Shown piece by piece: positions 1 to 10,158 of a DNA stretch of 64,000 nt. The stretch covers positions 256,001-320,000 of the forward strand of contig OZ244621.1 in NCBI GenBank assembly GCA_965218425.1. The letters run 5' to 3'. Under the pieces are notes generated by a model. The model was not told where the DNA came from and searched no databases. It saw only the letters and a program-made list of their open reading frames with translations. Source of the DNA: an uncultured Candidatus Binatia bacterium. GTDB taxonomy: Bacteria; Desulfobacterota; Binatia; UBA9968; CAXXLF01. Positions within the stretch are counted from its first letter, which is position 1. Every line of letters begins with the position of its first letter. The position numbers and the translations under genes were made by a program.

Positions 1-11
1 AAATCATATAC

Positions 12-130
12 TAACCGCAGATTGACGCAGATCAAAAAACAGCAAAACGCAATCAGGACTGAGCAATGAGCGCTGTGGACTGAGTATCGCACATCACGCG
101 GACTACGGACCACTGACTACAGCACAACGG
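12..130 (+). repeat. Intergenic mosaic of short periodic repeat modules
   Basis: TAACCGCAGATTGACGCAGAT (9-nt period), GGACTGAGCAATGAGCGCTGTGGACTGAG (7-nt period) and GGACTACGGACCACTGACTACAG (100-122, exact 23-nt match to 14250-14272). Confidence 0.8.
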
Positions 131-263
131 AGAAGAAAAGGACAGTTAATTGCAGACAAAGGATGAAAAGCACGTAATCGGCAGAATGCTAAAATTGAAG
201 GAACTTTATTCGGATCAAATCATTATAACGGGAAAATCCAAACACCGCGGGGCGAGTTGGATG

Positions 264-292
264 TTGACAGGACACCTGTCATCGACTAGATT
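264..292 (+). promoter_or_regulatory. Sigma70-type promoter for peroxiredoxin, with a palindrome over the -35 box
   Basis: TTGACA(264-269)-17 nt-TAGATT(287-292); TGACAG-N5-CTGTCA inverted repeat at 265-281. Confidence 0.65.
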
Positions 293-350
293 TTGCTAGC
301 ATCGTTAGAAAAAATTAAGGAATTTGAAATAAATTCCAAGGAGGTAGATT

Positions 351-1010
351 ATGGCACTACATATCGGAGAAGAAGTTCCCAATTTCACCGCGGAGACAAC
401 GGAAGGAACCATCAACTTTCACGAATGGATCGGCAACGGGTGGGCTATCCTGTTTTCGCATCCAAAGGATTTCACCCCCGTCTGCACCACCGAGCTCGGG
501 TACATGGCGAGTCTAAAGCCGGAGTTCGACAAGCGGAATTGCAAGGTGATGGGTCTGAGCATTGATTCGGTGGCGGATCACCAGAAATGGTCCAAGGACA
601 TTGAGGAAACCCAGGGCCATGCGGTGAATTTTCCAATCGTCGGTGACTTTGATTTGAAAGTCGCCAAGACGTTCGATATGATTCAGCCCAGCGCCAGCGG
701 AACCGCCGAGGGGCGAACGGCGGCGGACAATTCAACGGTCCGGTCGGTGTTCATCATAGGACCTGACAAAAAGATCAAACTGATGCTCACCTATCCCATG
801 ACGACTGGCCGTAACTTTGACGAAGTACTGCGCGTCCTGGATTCTATGCAGTTAACCGCGAAGCATCAGGTTGCCACACCGGTGAATTGGAAGCATGGCG
901 ACGACGTCATCATCGTCCCTGCAGTATCCAATGAAGAGGCACAAAAAAAGTACCCGGGCGGTTGGAAGACAGTGAAACCCTATCTCCGCCTCGTATCGCC
1001 GCCGAAGTAA
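351..1010 (+). CDS. 1-Cys peroxiredoxin (Prx6 subfamily)
   Basis: FSHPKDFTPVCTTE motif, GRNFDEVLR, TPVNW; AGGAGG RBS. Confidence 0.95.
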   Translation: MALHIGEEVPNFTAETTEGTINFHEWIGNGWAILFSHPKDFTPVCTTELGYMASLKPEFDKRNCKVMGLSIDSVADHQKWSKDIEETQGHAVNFPIVGDFDLKVAKTFDMIQPSASGTAEGRTAADNSTVRSVFIIGPDKKIKLMLTYPMTTGRNFDEVLRVLDSMQLTAKHQVATPVNWKHGDDVIIVPAVSNEEAQKKYPGGWKTVKPYLRLVSPPK

Positions 1011-1017
1011 AACCCAT

Positions 1018-1977
1018 TCAAGGCATCTTTGCGCGGAACGGAAACTCCCGGACCTCGGGTTCAAACAGGCTCTCCGGGACAAGTCGCTGCTGGGTCAGTC
1101 CCTGGTCATGGGCGTAGGCCAGGAACTGGTCCAGCTGCGCACGATTGCGCTCCAGGCCGTAGGGCCACGGATCGTCACCGAACATCTCCACTGTCTCATC
1201 GAGATAGGACCGCATCAGAGGAAGACTGGTCATCCGCTCGTTTCGAAGCTGACCATAAGCAGACTCTTTTGCCTGATCGAAGGCCCCGCACAGCTCCTCG
1301 AGAAGCCCTCGCCGTTTCTGGACAGCCTTATTCGATACCACAATGACATGAACGATGATGTGAAAACCCGTCTTTCGATAAAAGTCGCGCTGCAAGGTGT
1401 GAACGCCCGGGTGGACGCGCACGACTTTCTTCCGGTCCTCCTCTGACAACACAGGTGTCCCCTCCGTCATCAGGCAGTCCACCGTACCGTCCAGTAGCCG
1501 CTCCACACCGAGATGCGGTCCTGGACTTACCACCACCTTGATCCCTTCAGGAAGGCTCATTCTCTTGTCACGTTCCGGCGAGGTACAGTGCCACTGGATC
1601 TCCTCTGGCGTGATGCCATGCTCGTCCTTGAGCATCCCGCGTTGCCAAATAGACGCGGTCATGAAGTATTGTGGAACGAGTACACGACGGCCACGCAACT
1701 CTCCCGTGGAACGTATCCCCGTCTCCGGACGGGTGTAAACGTATTGATGAATGAATAGACGATCGGGAAACACCGGGATGGCGGCAAAAGGCGCGCCGAT
1801 ATTGCGAAGGAACACATAGTGGGCAAGGGGCATTTCAGCCGCATCGAAGACTCCATCTATGACACCGGCCACACCGGTTCCCGCAGGGACCTGCATCACC
1901 ATAGCATCGTCAATAGATACGGTCCTCGTATGAAGCGCGTCAGTCCGGTCAAAACGTTGTAACGCTAGAGTAAACAT
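1018..1977 (-). CDS. 4,5-dihydroxyphthalate decarboxylase-like protein (periplasmic-binding fold)
   Basis: FDAAEMPL, AIPVFPDR, YFMTASIWQRG, GDDPWPYGLERNR, QGL motifs typical of the OphC/Pht5-like family. Confidence 0.75.
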   Translation of the reverse strand: MFTLALQRFDRTDALHTRTVSIDDAMVMQVPAGTGVAGVIDGVFDAAEMPLAHYVFLRNIGAPFAAIPVFPDRLFIHQYVYTRPETGIRSTGELRGRRVLVPQYFMTASIWQRGMLKDEHGITPEEIQWHCTSPERDKRMSLPEGIKVVVSPGPHLGVERLLDGTVDCLMTEGTPVLSEEDRKKVVRVHPGVHTLQRDFYRKTGFHIIVHVIVVSNKAVQKRRGLLEELCGAFDQAKESAYGQLRNERMTSLPLMRSYLDETVEMFGDDPWPYGLERNRAQLDQFLAYAHDQGLTQQRLVPESLFEPEVREFPFRAKMP

Positions 1978-2028
1978 CCTGGCGGCTGATCGTATTGGAG
2001 GCTAACTTCACCGGTTCCCGGCAAGCCA

Positions 2029-3180
2029 CTAGCTGGCTTTTTTCGCACGCTTTGTTCTGGCCACATGGTACCCCTGCAACACCAGCTTCCTCCAATGGAC
2101 CACAATGGCATCAGTCCAAGACATCTTTTCCCTCGAATGGTAATTCTGGGAACCGATAATCCTCAGGTCCTGGGAGGAAAAATTCGTATTCATGGCCCAA
2201 CGCCGGTAGAGGTAGTATGACAAACAAAACCTGAGCTTCCAGGCCCTCGATCCCTTAGTGACATGCCAGTAAAAGTTTCTGACCGAGTCCTTGTCCACGG
2301 GGACTCCCCAACGCATGTACAGATGATCGGGATAGGTTATTCTGGTGATCCCCGGCAGGACGATTTCCTGGGTGTAGGGTTTGCCGGTGAAGTTTCCTTT
2401 GCTCCATGACTTTCTAAAAATCCATTGCCAGTATTTCCGCAAGAAGCGTCTGGGAAACCGGCCGAGACCCGGGTAGTCTTTCTGTACGGCAGGCCATGTC
2501 TCTTTAATCAGGGCCAGCCCTTTGCCATCGCGAGTTAATATGGGAGTGAGTTTCTGTCCCATGGGTCCCACGCCGGACAGCACCGCCAATACGGAATGTC
2601 GATGCACGTAAGGGGCGTGGCCGTCGATGGCGTTTTCGATCAAAGGGCGCCAGTTGATGGGCCAGAGCCGGACGTCTGTCAGCACTTGAACGTTGGGTTC
2701 CAGGAACTCTTCTGGAACATCCTCTGCCAGGGGAACGGGTTCCCCTTCTCCCATCCAGACCCACGCAATGCCGCACAGCTCCTCCATCTGCTTGCGAGGA
2801 ATGCGAACACCTGCCTCCAGAATACGGGACTCGGGACCTTCAACCAGTGCAGCCACACACTTTCCTTGGGCATCGTAGGTCCAACCATGATAGGGACAGC
2901 TCACGGTTCCAGGAAAGTGACAGACACCGTTTGATAGTTTGGACCCGCGATGAGCACACAGGTCCTCCAAGGCAACGATCTTTCCGGCTCCATCGCGGAA
3001 GAAAACCAAGTTCTCACCCAGTAAACGGATGCCAACCGGCTTTTTCCTGCCCACTTCTTTTGCAAGCAGAGCCGGATACCAGTATTCCCGGAGTCCCTCG
3101 GCGGGAATCTGCTCGCGCCAATCAGAACCCGTTGCCTGACTGTTAGCTAACTCATCTTTTATCGTAACCGCCAAGGCCAT
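2029..3180 (-). CDS. Rieske non-heme iron oxygenase alpha subunit
   Basis: Rieske CAH...CPYH ligands; mononuclear Fe motif ENAIDGHAPYVH...SQD. Confidence 0.92.
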   Translation of the reverse strand: MALAVTIKDELANSQATGSDWREQIPAEGLREYWYPALLAKEVGRKKPVGIRLLGENLVFFRDGAGKIVALEDLCAHRGSKLSNGVCHFPGTVSCPYHGWTYDAQGKCVAALVEGPESRILEAGVRIPRKQMEELCGIAWVWMGEGEPVPLAEDVPEEFLEPNVQVLTDVRLWPINWRPLIENAIDGHAPYVHRHSVLAVLSGVGPMGQKLTPILTRDGKGLALIKETWPAVQKDYPGLGRFPRRFLRKYWQWIFRKSWSKGNFTGKPYTQEIVLPGITRITYPDHLYMRWGVPVDKDSVRNFYWHVTKGSRAWKLRFCLSYYLYRRWAMNTNFSSQDLRIIGSQNYHSREKMSWTDAIVVHWRKLVLQGYHVARTKRAKKAS

Positions 3181-3212
3181 TGGACTTGTCTCCTGGAGTC
3201 ATTCCAATACAT

Positions 3213-4277
3213 TTACGGACGGAACACTGCGAAGCACTTGTTCGAGTTGAAGATGTAACTCTCCACGTAGTCGACGACGTTCACCTTGAGCTTCAACTCG
3301 GTCATCGCCCCTGCCAGGCATACCCAATTTAATATTTCGTTTTGACCGGCATCTTCGATCTGTGAAAGACTCAGTTCCCGCCACCTTCCGTGTCCCCCGT
3401 CCCTCAGCTCTTCAAACCGCCGCAGATCTGACTCCATGTCCGGATACAACCAGTGGTTCTTCTCAGTGAGAAAGGCATGAGACCAACTGGACGTAGCCAT
3501 CAGGACAACCCGCCAGGGACTCGCTCGAAGTAGACGGGCAACCGCGCGCCCCAGCTCAAAGCACCGCCTAGGAGATGGCGCCGGGGGGTCGGGCCCATCT
3601 TTTCCTTCTGCTTTTAGGTGTGCATTTCCACCCCGGCTGCGTATTACGGCACTTCCGTAGCAGTTCACATGAAACGGGATCAAACAATGGTCGAAACCCA
3701 ATCTGTCATAGTCTAAATAAAGGAGGGTCTGGCTGAAGGAATGGGCCAGCCCCCGGGCAAAACGCAGGGTGTAGGCATAGGGAAGGTCAAAATCCTCCTC
3801 CAGCAATCGGCTCACCAGGTAGCGTCCACCCGGAACGTGTCCTTTAACGGTGAAGACCTTGCCGGGCGGCTCATCCCAAACGTTCTGGGATGTGCGGGCC
3901 CATCGATCTATTCCAGCCAACGGGGTGTATTGAGCCTGGTCGAATATATATACACAGAAGGGGGGTATGATGTCCTCGCGGAAATTCTCATATTGATCGT
4001 CGCCCCAGACCACGATGAAATCTGGCCTGAAAGCTTCTATCTCCGCGCGAATCTTTCGAAACGCGCCCATGAGTTGCTCACGGTGCTTGCCCGCCGCAGT
4101 GGCTCCCTCGTCGCTGCCCCATTCCAACTGCATGGGCCGCGGCCAGCTTTGCACTTTCTTTAGTTGATCCGGGACACGGGGACTTTCCAAAGTGCGGCGC
4201 AAAAAAGCCGCCATATATGAATCGGGAACCATGGGACCTGGATAATGGCTCGTGCCGATTCCTAATATCTCTCCCAT
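3213..4277 (-). CDS. LigB-type (class III) extradiol ring-cleavage dioxygenase
   Basis: GTSHYP, WGDDQYENF, GLAHSF, SSWSHAF, GQNEILNW motifs. Confidence 0.85.
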   Translation of the reverse strand: MGEILGIGTSHYPGPMVPDSYMAAFLRRTLESPRVPDQLKKVQSWPRPMQLEWGSDEGATAAGKHREQLMGAFRKIRAEIEAFRPDFIVVWGDDQYENFREDIIPPFCVYIFDQAQYTPLAGIDRWARTSQNVWDEPPGKVFTVKGHVPGGRYLVSRLLEEDFDLPYAYTLRFARGLAHSFSQTLLYLDYDRLGFDHCLIPFHVNCYGSAVIRSRGGNAHLKAEGKDGPDPPAPSPRRCFELGRAVARLLRASPWRVVLMATSSWSHAFLTEKNHWLYPDMESDLRRFEELRDGGHGRWRELSLSQIEDAGQNEILNWVCLAGAMTELKLKVNVVDYVESYIFNSNKCFAVFRP

Positions 4278-4292
4278 TTCTTCCTCTGTACT

Positions 4293-5885
4293 TTACGGCT
4301 TGGTCCGGCGTCCCCTGGCCTTTTCCCCGGTGATAAAATGATCCCCTCTCAAGGCAAGCTGGGCTTCTTCCTCGTCCTCCTCGGACCAAACCCCAAGACT
4401 GTATCCGTACCAGGGCATGCGAGGCTTCAAGGTGGGTAGTCCCAACTCTTCCCAGAGGGCCTTCGCGCCTTCCATGAACTCTTTGCGCGGCAACGATACC
4501 GGGAGATAGGGCCACGGCCGGGTGGCATTAATCAACAGGGCAGTCATTTCCACTTTTCTCTTCTCCTCACTTGAGGCAGTCGGTGGAGCTGCGGAAGGGT
4601 CCAAGCCTCCCGTTTTGCCTTTGGTAATGGCAACATCCTTATCAGGAACGACATTAAAACATATGGCCCAGTTGATCATTGCCGGGGCGCGCATATCGAT
4701 ATCCTCATCCACCGCAACGCAAATCTTGGTGTAGTTTGCCGCGAAGGCGGCCGCGGCATGTAACGCCCGCCACACCTCGGCATCATTGCTTTTTCTGGTC
4801 TTGATGACGCAGTAGGCTTGCCCGCTTCCGCTCACTTCATCATGAATGGCAACGTCCAGGACGCTCGAGTTTCCGCAATCGAACCTGAGGTACTTGTAAA
4901 TAACCTTTTCGGTTCCCACATGTTTGATCTTGCTGCTCTCGCTGGGAGGGAACTGGCTAATAAGCGCGCTGTAAATGGCGTCCCGCCGGTGAGTAATACA
5001 GGTTACTTCCATATAAGGCGAATGTCCCCGCGGGCCCAGGTAGCCCGTGTATTCGCCGAATGGGCCCTCAGGCTCAAGGGAATCCGTTGGGATAACTCCT
5101 TCGATGACCACTTCTGCCGCGGCCGGCACCTCAAGATCCACGGTAACGCACTTTACCAGTTCCACGGGCTCTCCGGCCAATCCCCCAGCTAACCGGTATT
5201 CGTCAAAATCATAGGGAAGCTTCGCGGTGGCGGCATAGGCTACGCTGGGAATGGCGCCCACCACAATCGCAGCTTCCAAGGGTTTTCCCTTTGCCAAACA
5301 CTTTCTCCAGTGCTGTCCCATATGCTGGTTGAGAAACAGACCGCCTACTCTATTGGGACTCTTAATCTGTCCCCGGTAGTTCCCAACATTGACGATGCCT
5401 GTTGCGGGATCCTTGGAGATCCAATTGGCCGAGGTGAGATAAGGGGCATTATCAAAACCCGGAGTCGAAATGGGTACCGGGAGCATATCCAGCCCGTGGC
5501 CCTCATGGAGATCCTTCCCTTGCCGGATCACCTCATGGACCGGCCCCGAGCTTAGAGTTAACGGTTGAATTGGATGGAGCTGGGCCTTTGTCCAGAGCTC
5601 ATAGATCTCCTCAGATCTGCAATTGAGGCCAATAGCATAGATTTCAGTGGAGGCGGCAAGGGTACCAACTGAAACAGGCATATTGTAGTGCCGCCCTTTC
5701 ACATCAACCACGTTCTCAAACAGGAACGCCTTGCGGTCCTCCTCCTCTAGACCCCGGAATTGCCAGCGCACCAGCGGCATCAGCTCGGTATCTTTATTAA
5801 TCTTACGTTTTATCCTTAATAATTTTCCCTTCTCCTCCAATGCCGCAAGATGCTCTCTCGTGTCTCTGTAATAATTTCCTTTCAC
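4293..5885 (-). CDS. UbiD-family prFMN-dependent (de)carboxylase; start uncertain (GTG 5885 or TTG 5951)
   Basis: NVGNYR, PEGPFGEYTGY, VAVDEDID, LDPS, INATRPW motifs. Confidence 0.92.
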   Translation of the reverse strand: MKGNYYRDTREHLAALEEKGKLLRIKRKINKDTELMPLVRWQFRGLEEEDRKAFLFENVVDVKGRHYNMPVSVGTLAASTEIYAIGLNCRSEEIYELWTKAQLHPIQPLTLSSGPVHEVIRQGKDLHEGHGLDMLPVPISTPGFDNAPYLTSANWISKDPATGIVNVGNYRGQIKSPNRVGGLFLNQHMGQHWRKCLAKGKPLEAAIVVGAIPSVAYAATAKLPYDFDEYRLAGGLAGEPVELVKCVTVDLEVPAAAEVVIEGVIPTDSLEPEGPFGEYTGYLGPRGHSPYMEVTCITHRRDAIYSALISQFPPSESSKIKHVGTEKVIYKYLRFDCGNSSVLDVAIHDEVSGSGQAYCVIKTRKSNDAEVWRALHAAAAFAANYTKICVAVDEDIDMRAPAMINWAICFNVVPDKDVAITKGKTGGLDPSAAPPTASSEEKRKVEMTALLINATRPWPYLPVSLPRKEFMEGAKALWEELGLPTLKPRMPWYGYSLGVWSEEDEEEAQLALRGDHFITGEKARGRRTKP

Positions 5886-5974
5886 GATGGTTCCTCGAGT
5901 TGGACCTCCATTAACACCGCCCCTACGGACTGTCAAGGCGAGCTGAGACAACAGCAGGGAGCATAGACAAAACA

Positions 5975-6028
5975 GCTATCAGCCGTCAGCCAAAAAAACG
6001 TAAAGCGCAAAGAGCATGGCGCAAAGCG
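5975..6028 (+). repeat. Intergenic periodic modules
   Basis: GCTATCAGCCGTCAGC (exact also at 34785-34800) plus AAAGCGCAAAGAGCATGGCGCAAAGCG. Confidence 0.75.
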
Positions 6029-6032
6029 ACTG

Positions 6033-6049
6033 GGAGGCGCTGCGCCTCC
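6033..6049. terminator. GC-rich hairpin downstream of the solute-binding gene
   Basis: GGAGGCG-CTG-CGCCTCC; no clear U-tract. Confidence 0.3.
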
Positions 6050-6076
6050 TGGCCCCGCGTCATTTCGCAAATGCCG

Positions 6077-7285
6077 CTATCTCCCCCGGACCTCGTAGTA
6101 GATCTTCACTGCTTGTTTCAGTGCCCAAATCCGTTTTTTCTGGGCCTGCGGGTCATGGGCGATGGTCATGTATTCGATCCCGGGCCGACGCATTTCAACC
6201 GCTTCCACCATACCCTTTTCCGTAACGTCCTCGCGGAAGGACTGATCAGGCACCCGCTCGCTCTTGATCTGCATGATTGTCTGGCCTTCCTTGGAGAGTA
6301 GCCAGTTGACGAAAAGTTTCGCGGCGTAGGGGTGGGGTCTCCGGTTGACTACCATTATATTATTGGAGGCTCCGGTTCCCTGTAGAATGGGACGTTCCTT
6401 CACCGGCTTGTCGATGATCTGCGTAAAGCTCGCCACGGGAAGCCCCTGCCTACCGAGCCTGTCGATATCCCTGCCGCCGGAGCCTACAAATATCGCCATG
6501 GTGTATTTCCCCCGGGCAACCCTGTCTGCGATCTGGCGGAAATCGGAGCTGAACTGAACATTCAGTTCCCGGCGAAACATGCGCCGCAGATACTTCGGCC
6601 CCAGATCCGGGTGGACCATGACGGTGAAATAAGTTCCCAGGGCGCCGGAAGCCGTGGGCGGAAGGGAGACGATCTGTCCGGCGAATCTTTTGTCGAGAAA
6701 GGTCCAAACGGAGTCGATCTTTTTCGCCTCCTTAATGGGCAGTTTGTTCGTGTTGAAACGCATGCCTATGGGGGTGAGTTCGGCGTTGGCTGAGAAGGCG
6801 AACACGTACTTCTCCTCCGGATCGCTGTAGCGGTGCGTGCCTTTGTACCAAAGGGATTGGTCCACCACTTCTGGGTGGAACAAGACCGGCCCGATGGGAT
6901 CGAGCACCTTGTTGGGCAGTAGACGTGTATTGGCGCTGCCCCCCCCAATGAGTACGACGTCGACCTTAAACTTGCCAGCACCGCGCTCGGCCAGGAGCCG
7001 GTCCGCCTGCCTGCGCCCACCGCCGGTGGAGACCACCGTTCGGATACCGAACTTGTTTTCGAAGTACTTGAAGATGGGACGGTAGTTGCGCGACGCCGAG
7101 CCGCCCAGCACGGCCACAAGAGTGCCTTCCTCTTTAGCTTTGGCAATCGTATCGTCCCACATATTCGCCCCGGACAAACCCGGTATGGCGAGCACCAATA
7201 GCACCGCTAGCAAACAGGTCAATGGGTCCAGAGGCCTGAACCGCGTCATTATTTTTGAAAGATCCTTCCTACACATCATGCTCAA
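6077..7285 (-). CDS. Extracellular solute-binding protein (ABC-type, orphan)
   Basis: Signal peptide; AKAKEEGTLV, LLAERGAGK, PHPYAAKLFVNWLLSKEGQ. Confidence 0.88.
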   Translation of the reverse strand: MSMMCRKDLSKIMTRFRPLDPLTCLLAVLLVLAIPGLSGANMWDDTIAKAKEEGTLVAVLGGSASRNYRPIFKYFENKFGIRTVVSTGGGRRQADRLLAERGAGKFKVDVVLIGGGSANTRLLPNKVLDPIGPVLFHPEVVDQSLWYKGTHRYSDPEEKYVFAFSANAELTPIGMRFNTNKLPIKEAKKIDSVWTFLDKRFAGQIVSLPPTASGALGTYFTVMVHPDLGPKYLRRMFRRELNVQFSSDFRQIADRVARGKYTMAIFVGSGGRDIDRLGRQGLPVASFTQIIDKPVKERPILQGTGASNNIMVVNRRPHPYAAKLFVNWLLSKEGQTIMQIKSERVPDQSFREDVTEKGMVEAVEMRRPGIEYMTIAHDPQAQKKRIWALKQAVKIYYEVRGR

Positions 7286-7377
7286 CCTCCTTTGTTACTG
7301 GATCAAAAAACTCTACCGTAATCAGTGAACAACGCAGCAACCAGATGGCCGCTCGGCCACAAGCACCTGCGGTTCGG

Positions 7378-8539
7378 TCAGGTATCCCGCTCGCTCATGG
7401 GACCCGTCTCGCCGGTGCACCAGGGGATGAACGCCTTCATCCTGCAGGTTGCGCCATGGGTCTTGAGGTCCTTCTCAAAGATCTCATGGATCTCACGGTC
7501 TTCGTCCTCATACTCGATCTGCCCGCCGCCTTCTTTTACGCTTACCTCGGTGGCCAAAATGCGCGGCATCCCTGGGGAATTCAAGCCCATGTCTCCGGTC
7601 CTGAGGGCCAGGTAGCGGGCGCGATTGTTTCCCGTGTTGAAATGCTGGTGGAAGCAGTTGTCGTTAGGAACCGTGACCATGGAACCCAGCTGCCAATCGC
7701 ACTTGATCATGTCGGATCGGTCTTCCTTGGTCCAGACCAGGGAGTAACCGCCGGAACCGCTGAGTATCACCAGGTGCGCTCCGGGACCGTGGCGGTGGGC
7801 TTTCTTGTAAGTGCCCACAGGAAACTCAGAGATATGGCATTTGGTATTATTGTTCGCCAACTCCAGGGCGGCGTGAATTCCTCCGGCGCCCCGATTGTCC
7901 CGCGAATAGAGCAGCATGTCCGGCGCGTTGGCAATGAAGTTGGACTGCCACACCCGGCGTTTGAAGAGCTTGCCGTTGCCGCTGAAGTAGTCGTCTTCGC
8001 CCGAGTAGCGGGAGTCGAACTTGTAATTGGAGCTGAATATGAACTTGTTATCCTTAGAAAAGCCGCATCATGGGCGGCGCGTTGGTCACGGCGATGTAGC
8101 GGACGGGTTCAGTGCCGCTGCCGTTGAAGTTCTGGTATCGGGCATTGAGGGGAATAGCGAAGAGACTACCCGCCTGCCATTCGAAGGTCTGCTTTTGCTC
8201 GTCGTCCTGCCAGATGGTGGTGGCACCGCGGCCCGAGACCACGTAGACCATGGCCTCGTAAATGTGATGTTCCGGCTCGGACTTGCCCCCTGGCTTGATC
8301 TCCACAACGTGACAATCGTTGGGCATGTGCCGGTTGGTAATGTGGATCACCGCGCCACTTCCTCCCTTGCGCTCCCACGGTCCCAGCTCGATCTTCCCAA
8401 GGCTCGGAAAGTAAAACTCCTCGTAGACCTTTACACCCTCTTTTTTAAGCCAATCGTCGTAGGGATCGGCCTGCTTGAATTCTTCGAGGCCTCCCTTGGG
8501 GGTCTCCGCCACTTTCATATCCGTTCCGAGCATTACCAT
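7378..8539 (-). pseudogene. Bicupin protein split by a 1-nt insertion near 8057
   Basis: ATG 8539 with GGAGGAGG RBS; cupin motifs PEHHIYE and KAHRHGPG; removing one base in CTTTTCTAAGGAT gives continuous RLFKDNKFIF...WQSNFIANAPD. Confidence 0.85.
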
Positions 8540-8584
8540 GGTTTGATTCCTCCTCCAAAAAATTAAGCAAGAGCAGCGGGAAGA

Positions 8585-8860
8585 AAGCATAGCGCAAAGA
8601 GACGAGAGAAGAAAGACAGGAGGCAGTGGGCAGCAATTCAGGAACCACCGAAGGACTGCGGATAAGTGAAACGGACGGGTTCGTGCTCGTGTTCGAGGTT
8701 CGTGGCTGGGGAGTAAGGGTGCAAAGCCGGTGGTACTGAGAACTGAGCACAGGGTAAAAGACAAAGAGTATGGCGTTGGGGTAGGGTGTGGGGTTTAGGG
8801 GGAGGAAAAACGGCCGTTGAGTGTTGAGTGTTAAGGGAAGAAAGCAGAGGCGGGGTTTAG
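8585..8860 (+). repeat. Intergenic mosaic of periodic modules
   Basis: AGCATAGCGCAAAGAG, AAAGACAGGAGGCAGTGGGCAGC, TTCGTGCTCGTGTTCGAG, GTACTGAGAACTGAGCAC, GGGTAGGGTGTGGGGT, GTTGAGTGTTGAGTGTTAAG. Confidence 0.75.
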
Positions 8861-8913
8861 GTTGACATTAGAACCGTCAATTGGATACTTTAGTTGCCCA
8901 AACAGAGCGCGCA

Positions 8914-10158
8914 ATGTATCCAGTACAGTTATTTTGCTGGCACTTCATGGCCTATCCCTACCTGCCGTCGGACTTCGATGAGAAATACGAGACGGGATGG
9001 GTCACGGTCCCCAACACCCTGTGGGATTCAGAGCGATCCAGGGGGCTTTACCAAGAATACATTGACCAGCTTGCCTATGCCGATGAGCTGGGTTTTGACG
9101 GCCTGGTGTTGAACGAGCACCACCAGAACATCTACGGCCTGATGGCGTCGCCGAACCTCATTGCCTCCGCCCTCACCCAAAGGACCACCCGCAGCAAAAT
9201 TGTGGTGCTGGGAAACCTCCTGCCCCTTCAACTCAATCCGCTAAGAACGGCAGAGGAATACGCCATGCTCGACAACATGAGCAACGGTCGAATCATCGCC
9301 GGCTTTGCACCAGGCGGAGGTCAGGAGACTTTTAACTACAACGTTCCGTCGGTGGCATCCCGCAGACAGTTTTGGGAAGCCGCAGATCTCATCGTACGCG
9401 CCTGGACCGAAGACGGTCCTTTCACCCATGAAGGAAGATACTATCCGCTGCGCTATGTAAACCCCTGGCCCAAACCCCTGCAAAAGCCTCATCCCCCTAT
9501 CTGGATTCCCGGGTCGCGCAGCGCTTCAACTTTTATAGAAGTGGCCAGGCGCGGCTACAGCTATTTCTTCTCCTCCCGGAGCCATGGAGCAGAGACCGAT
9601 AAGGCCCAGCGACAGTTTTCCAAGGTACTGGAGGACCACGGGGACCGCTACGAGCCGCGGCGAATGGGGATCCTGATGTCGGCTTATGTATCCGAAAGCG
9701 ATGGGCAAGCGCGGGAAGAATGCGAGGAAGGCGTGTGGTATTTTCTCAGAAACTGCCTCAAGGGACACTTGCGACGCGAGGGACGTCAACTGACCGTGGG
9801 ACCGGGGATCCCTTATACCCCGGTGCCGGCATGGAAGGAATACCTCGAGCATTCACAGCCCGGGCGAAAACTCCTTGGGGATGTGGAGAACTGGGACGAG
9901 CTGGACGCCTCCCAGTCCATCATCGTGGGAAGCCCAGAGACAGTTAGGGAACGCATCTGGAATATCATTGAACGCTCCCAGGTGGGCAATCTACTCATCC
10001 AGTTTCATCTCGGGAACATGCCGCCGGAACTGGTCCGAAAAAGCATGCACCTCTTTGCCACCCAAGTGGCCCCTCCGTTGCGGGAGCAGTCCGCAAAGCT
10101 GTTCGAGAAAAACTACCCTACCGCCCAGGAGCCCTCCAGTGGAAAGGCCGTCCGTTGA
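8914..10158 (+). CDS. LLM-class flavin-dependent oxidoreductase
   Basis: GFDGLVLNEHH, AEEYAMLDNMSNGR, WPKPLQKPHPPIW. Confidence 0.92.
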   Translation: MYPVQLFCWHFMAYPYLPSDFDEKYETGWVTVPNTLWDSERSRGLYQEYIDQLAYADELGFDGLVLNEHHQNIYGLMASPNLIASALTQRTTRSKIVVLGNLLPLQLNPLRTAEEYAMLDNMSNGRIIAGFAPGGGQETFNYNVPSVASRRQFWEAADLIVRAWTEDGPFTHEGRYYPLRYVNPWPKPLQKPHPPIWIPGSRSASTFIEVARRGYSYFFSSRSHGAETDKAQRQFSKVLEDHGDRYEPRRMGILMSAYVSESDGQAREECEEGVWYFLRNCLKGHLRREGRQLTVGPGIPYTPVPAWKEYLEHSQPGRKLLGDVENWDELDASQSIIVGSPETVRERIWNIIERSQVGNLLIQFHLGNMPPELVRKSMHLFATQVAPPLREQSAKLFEKNYPTAQEPSSGKAVR

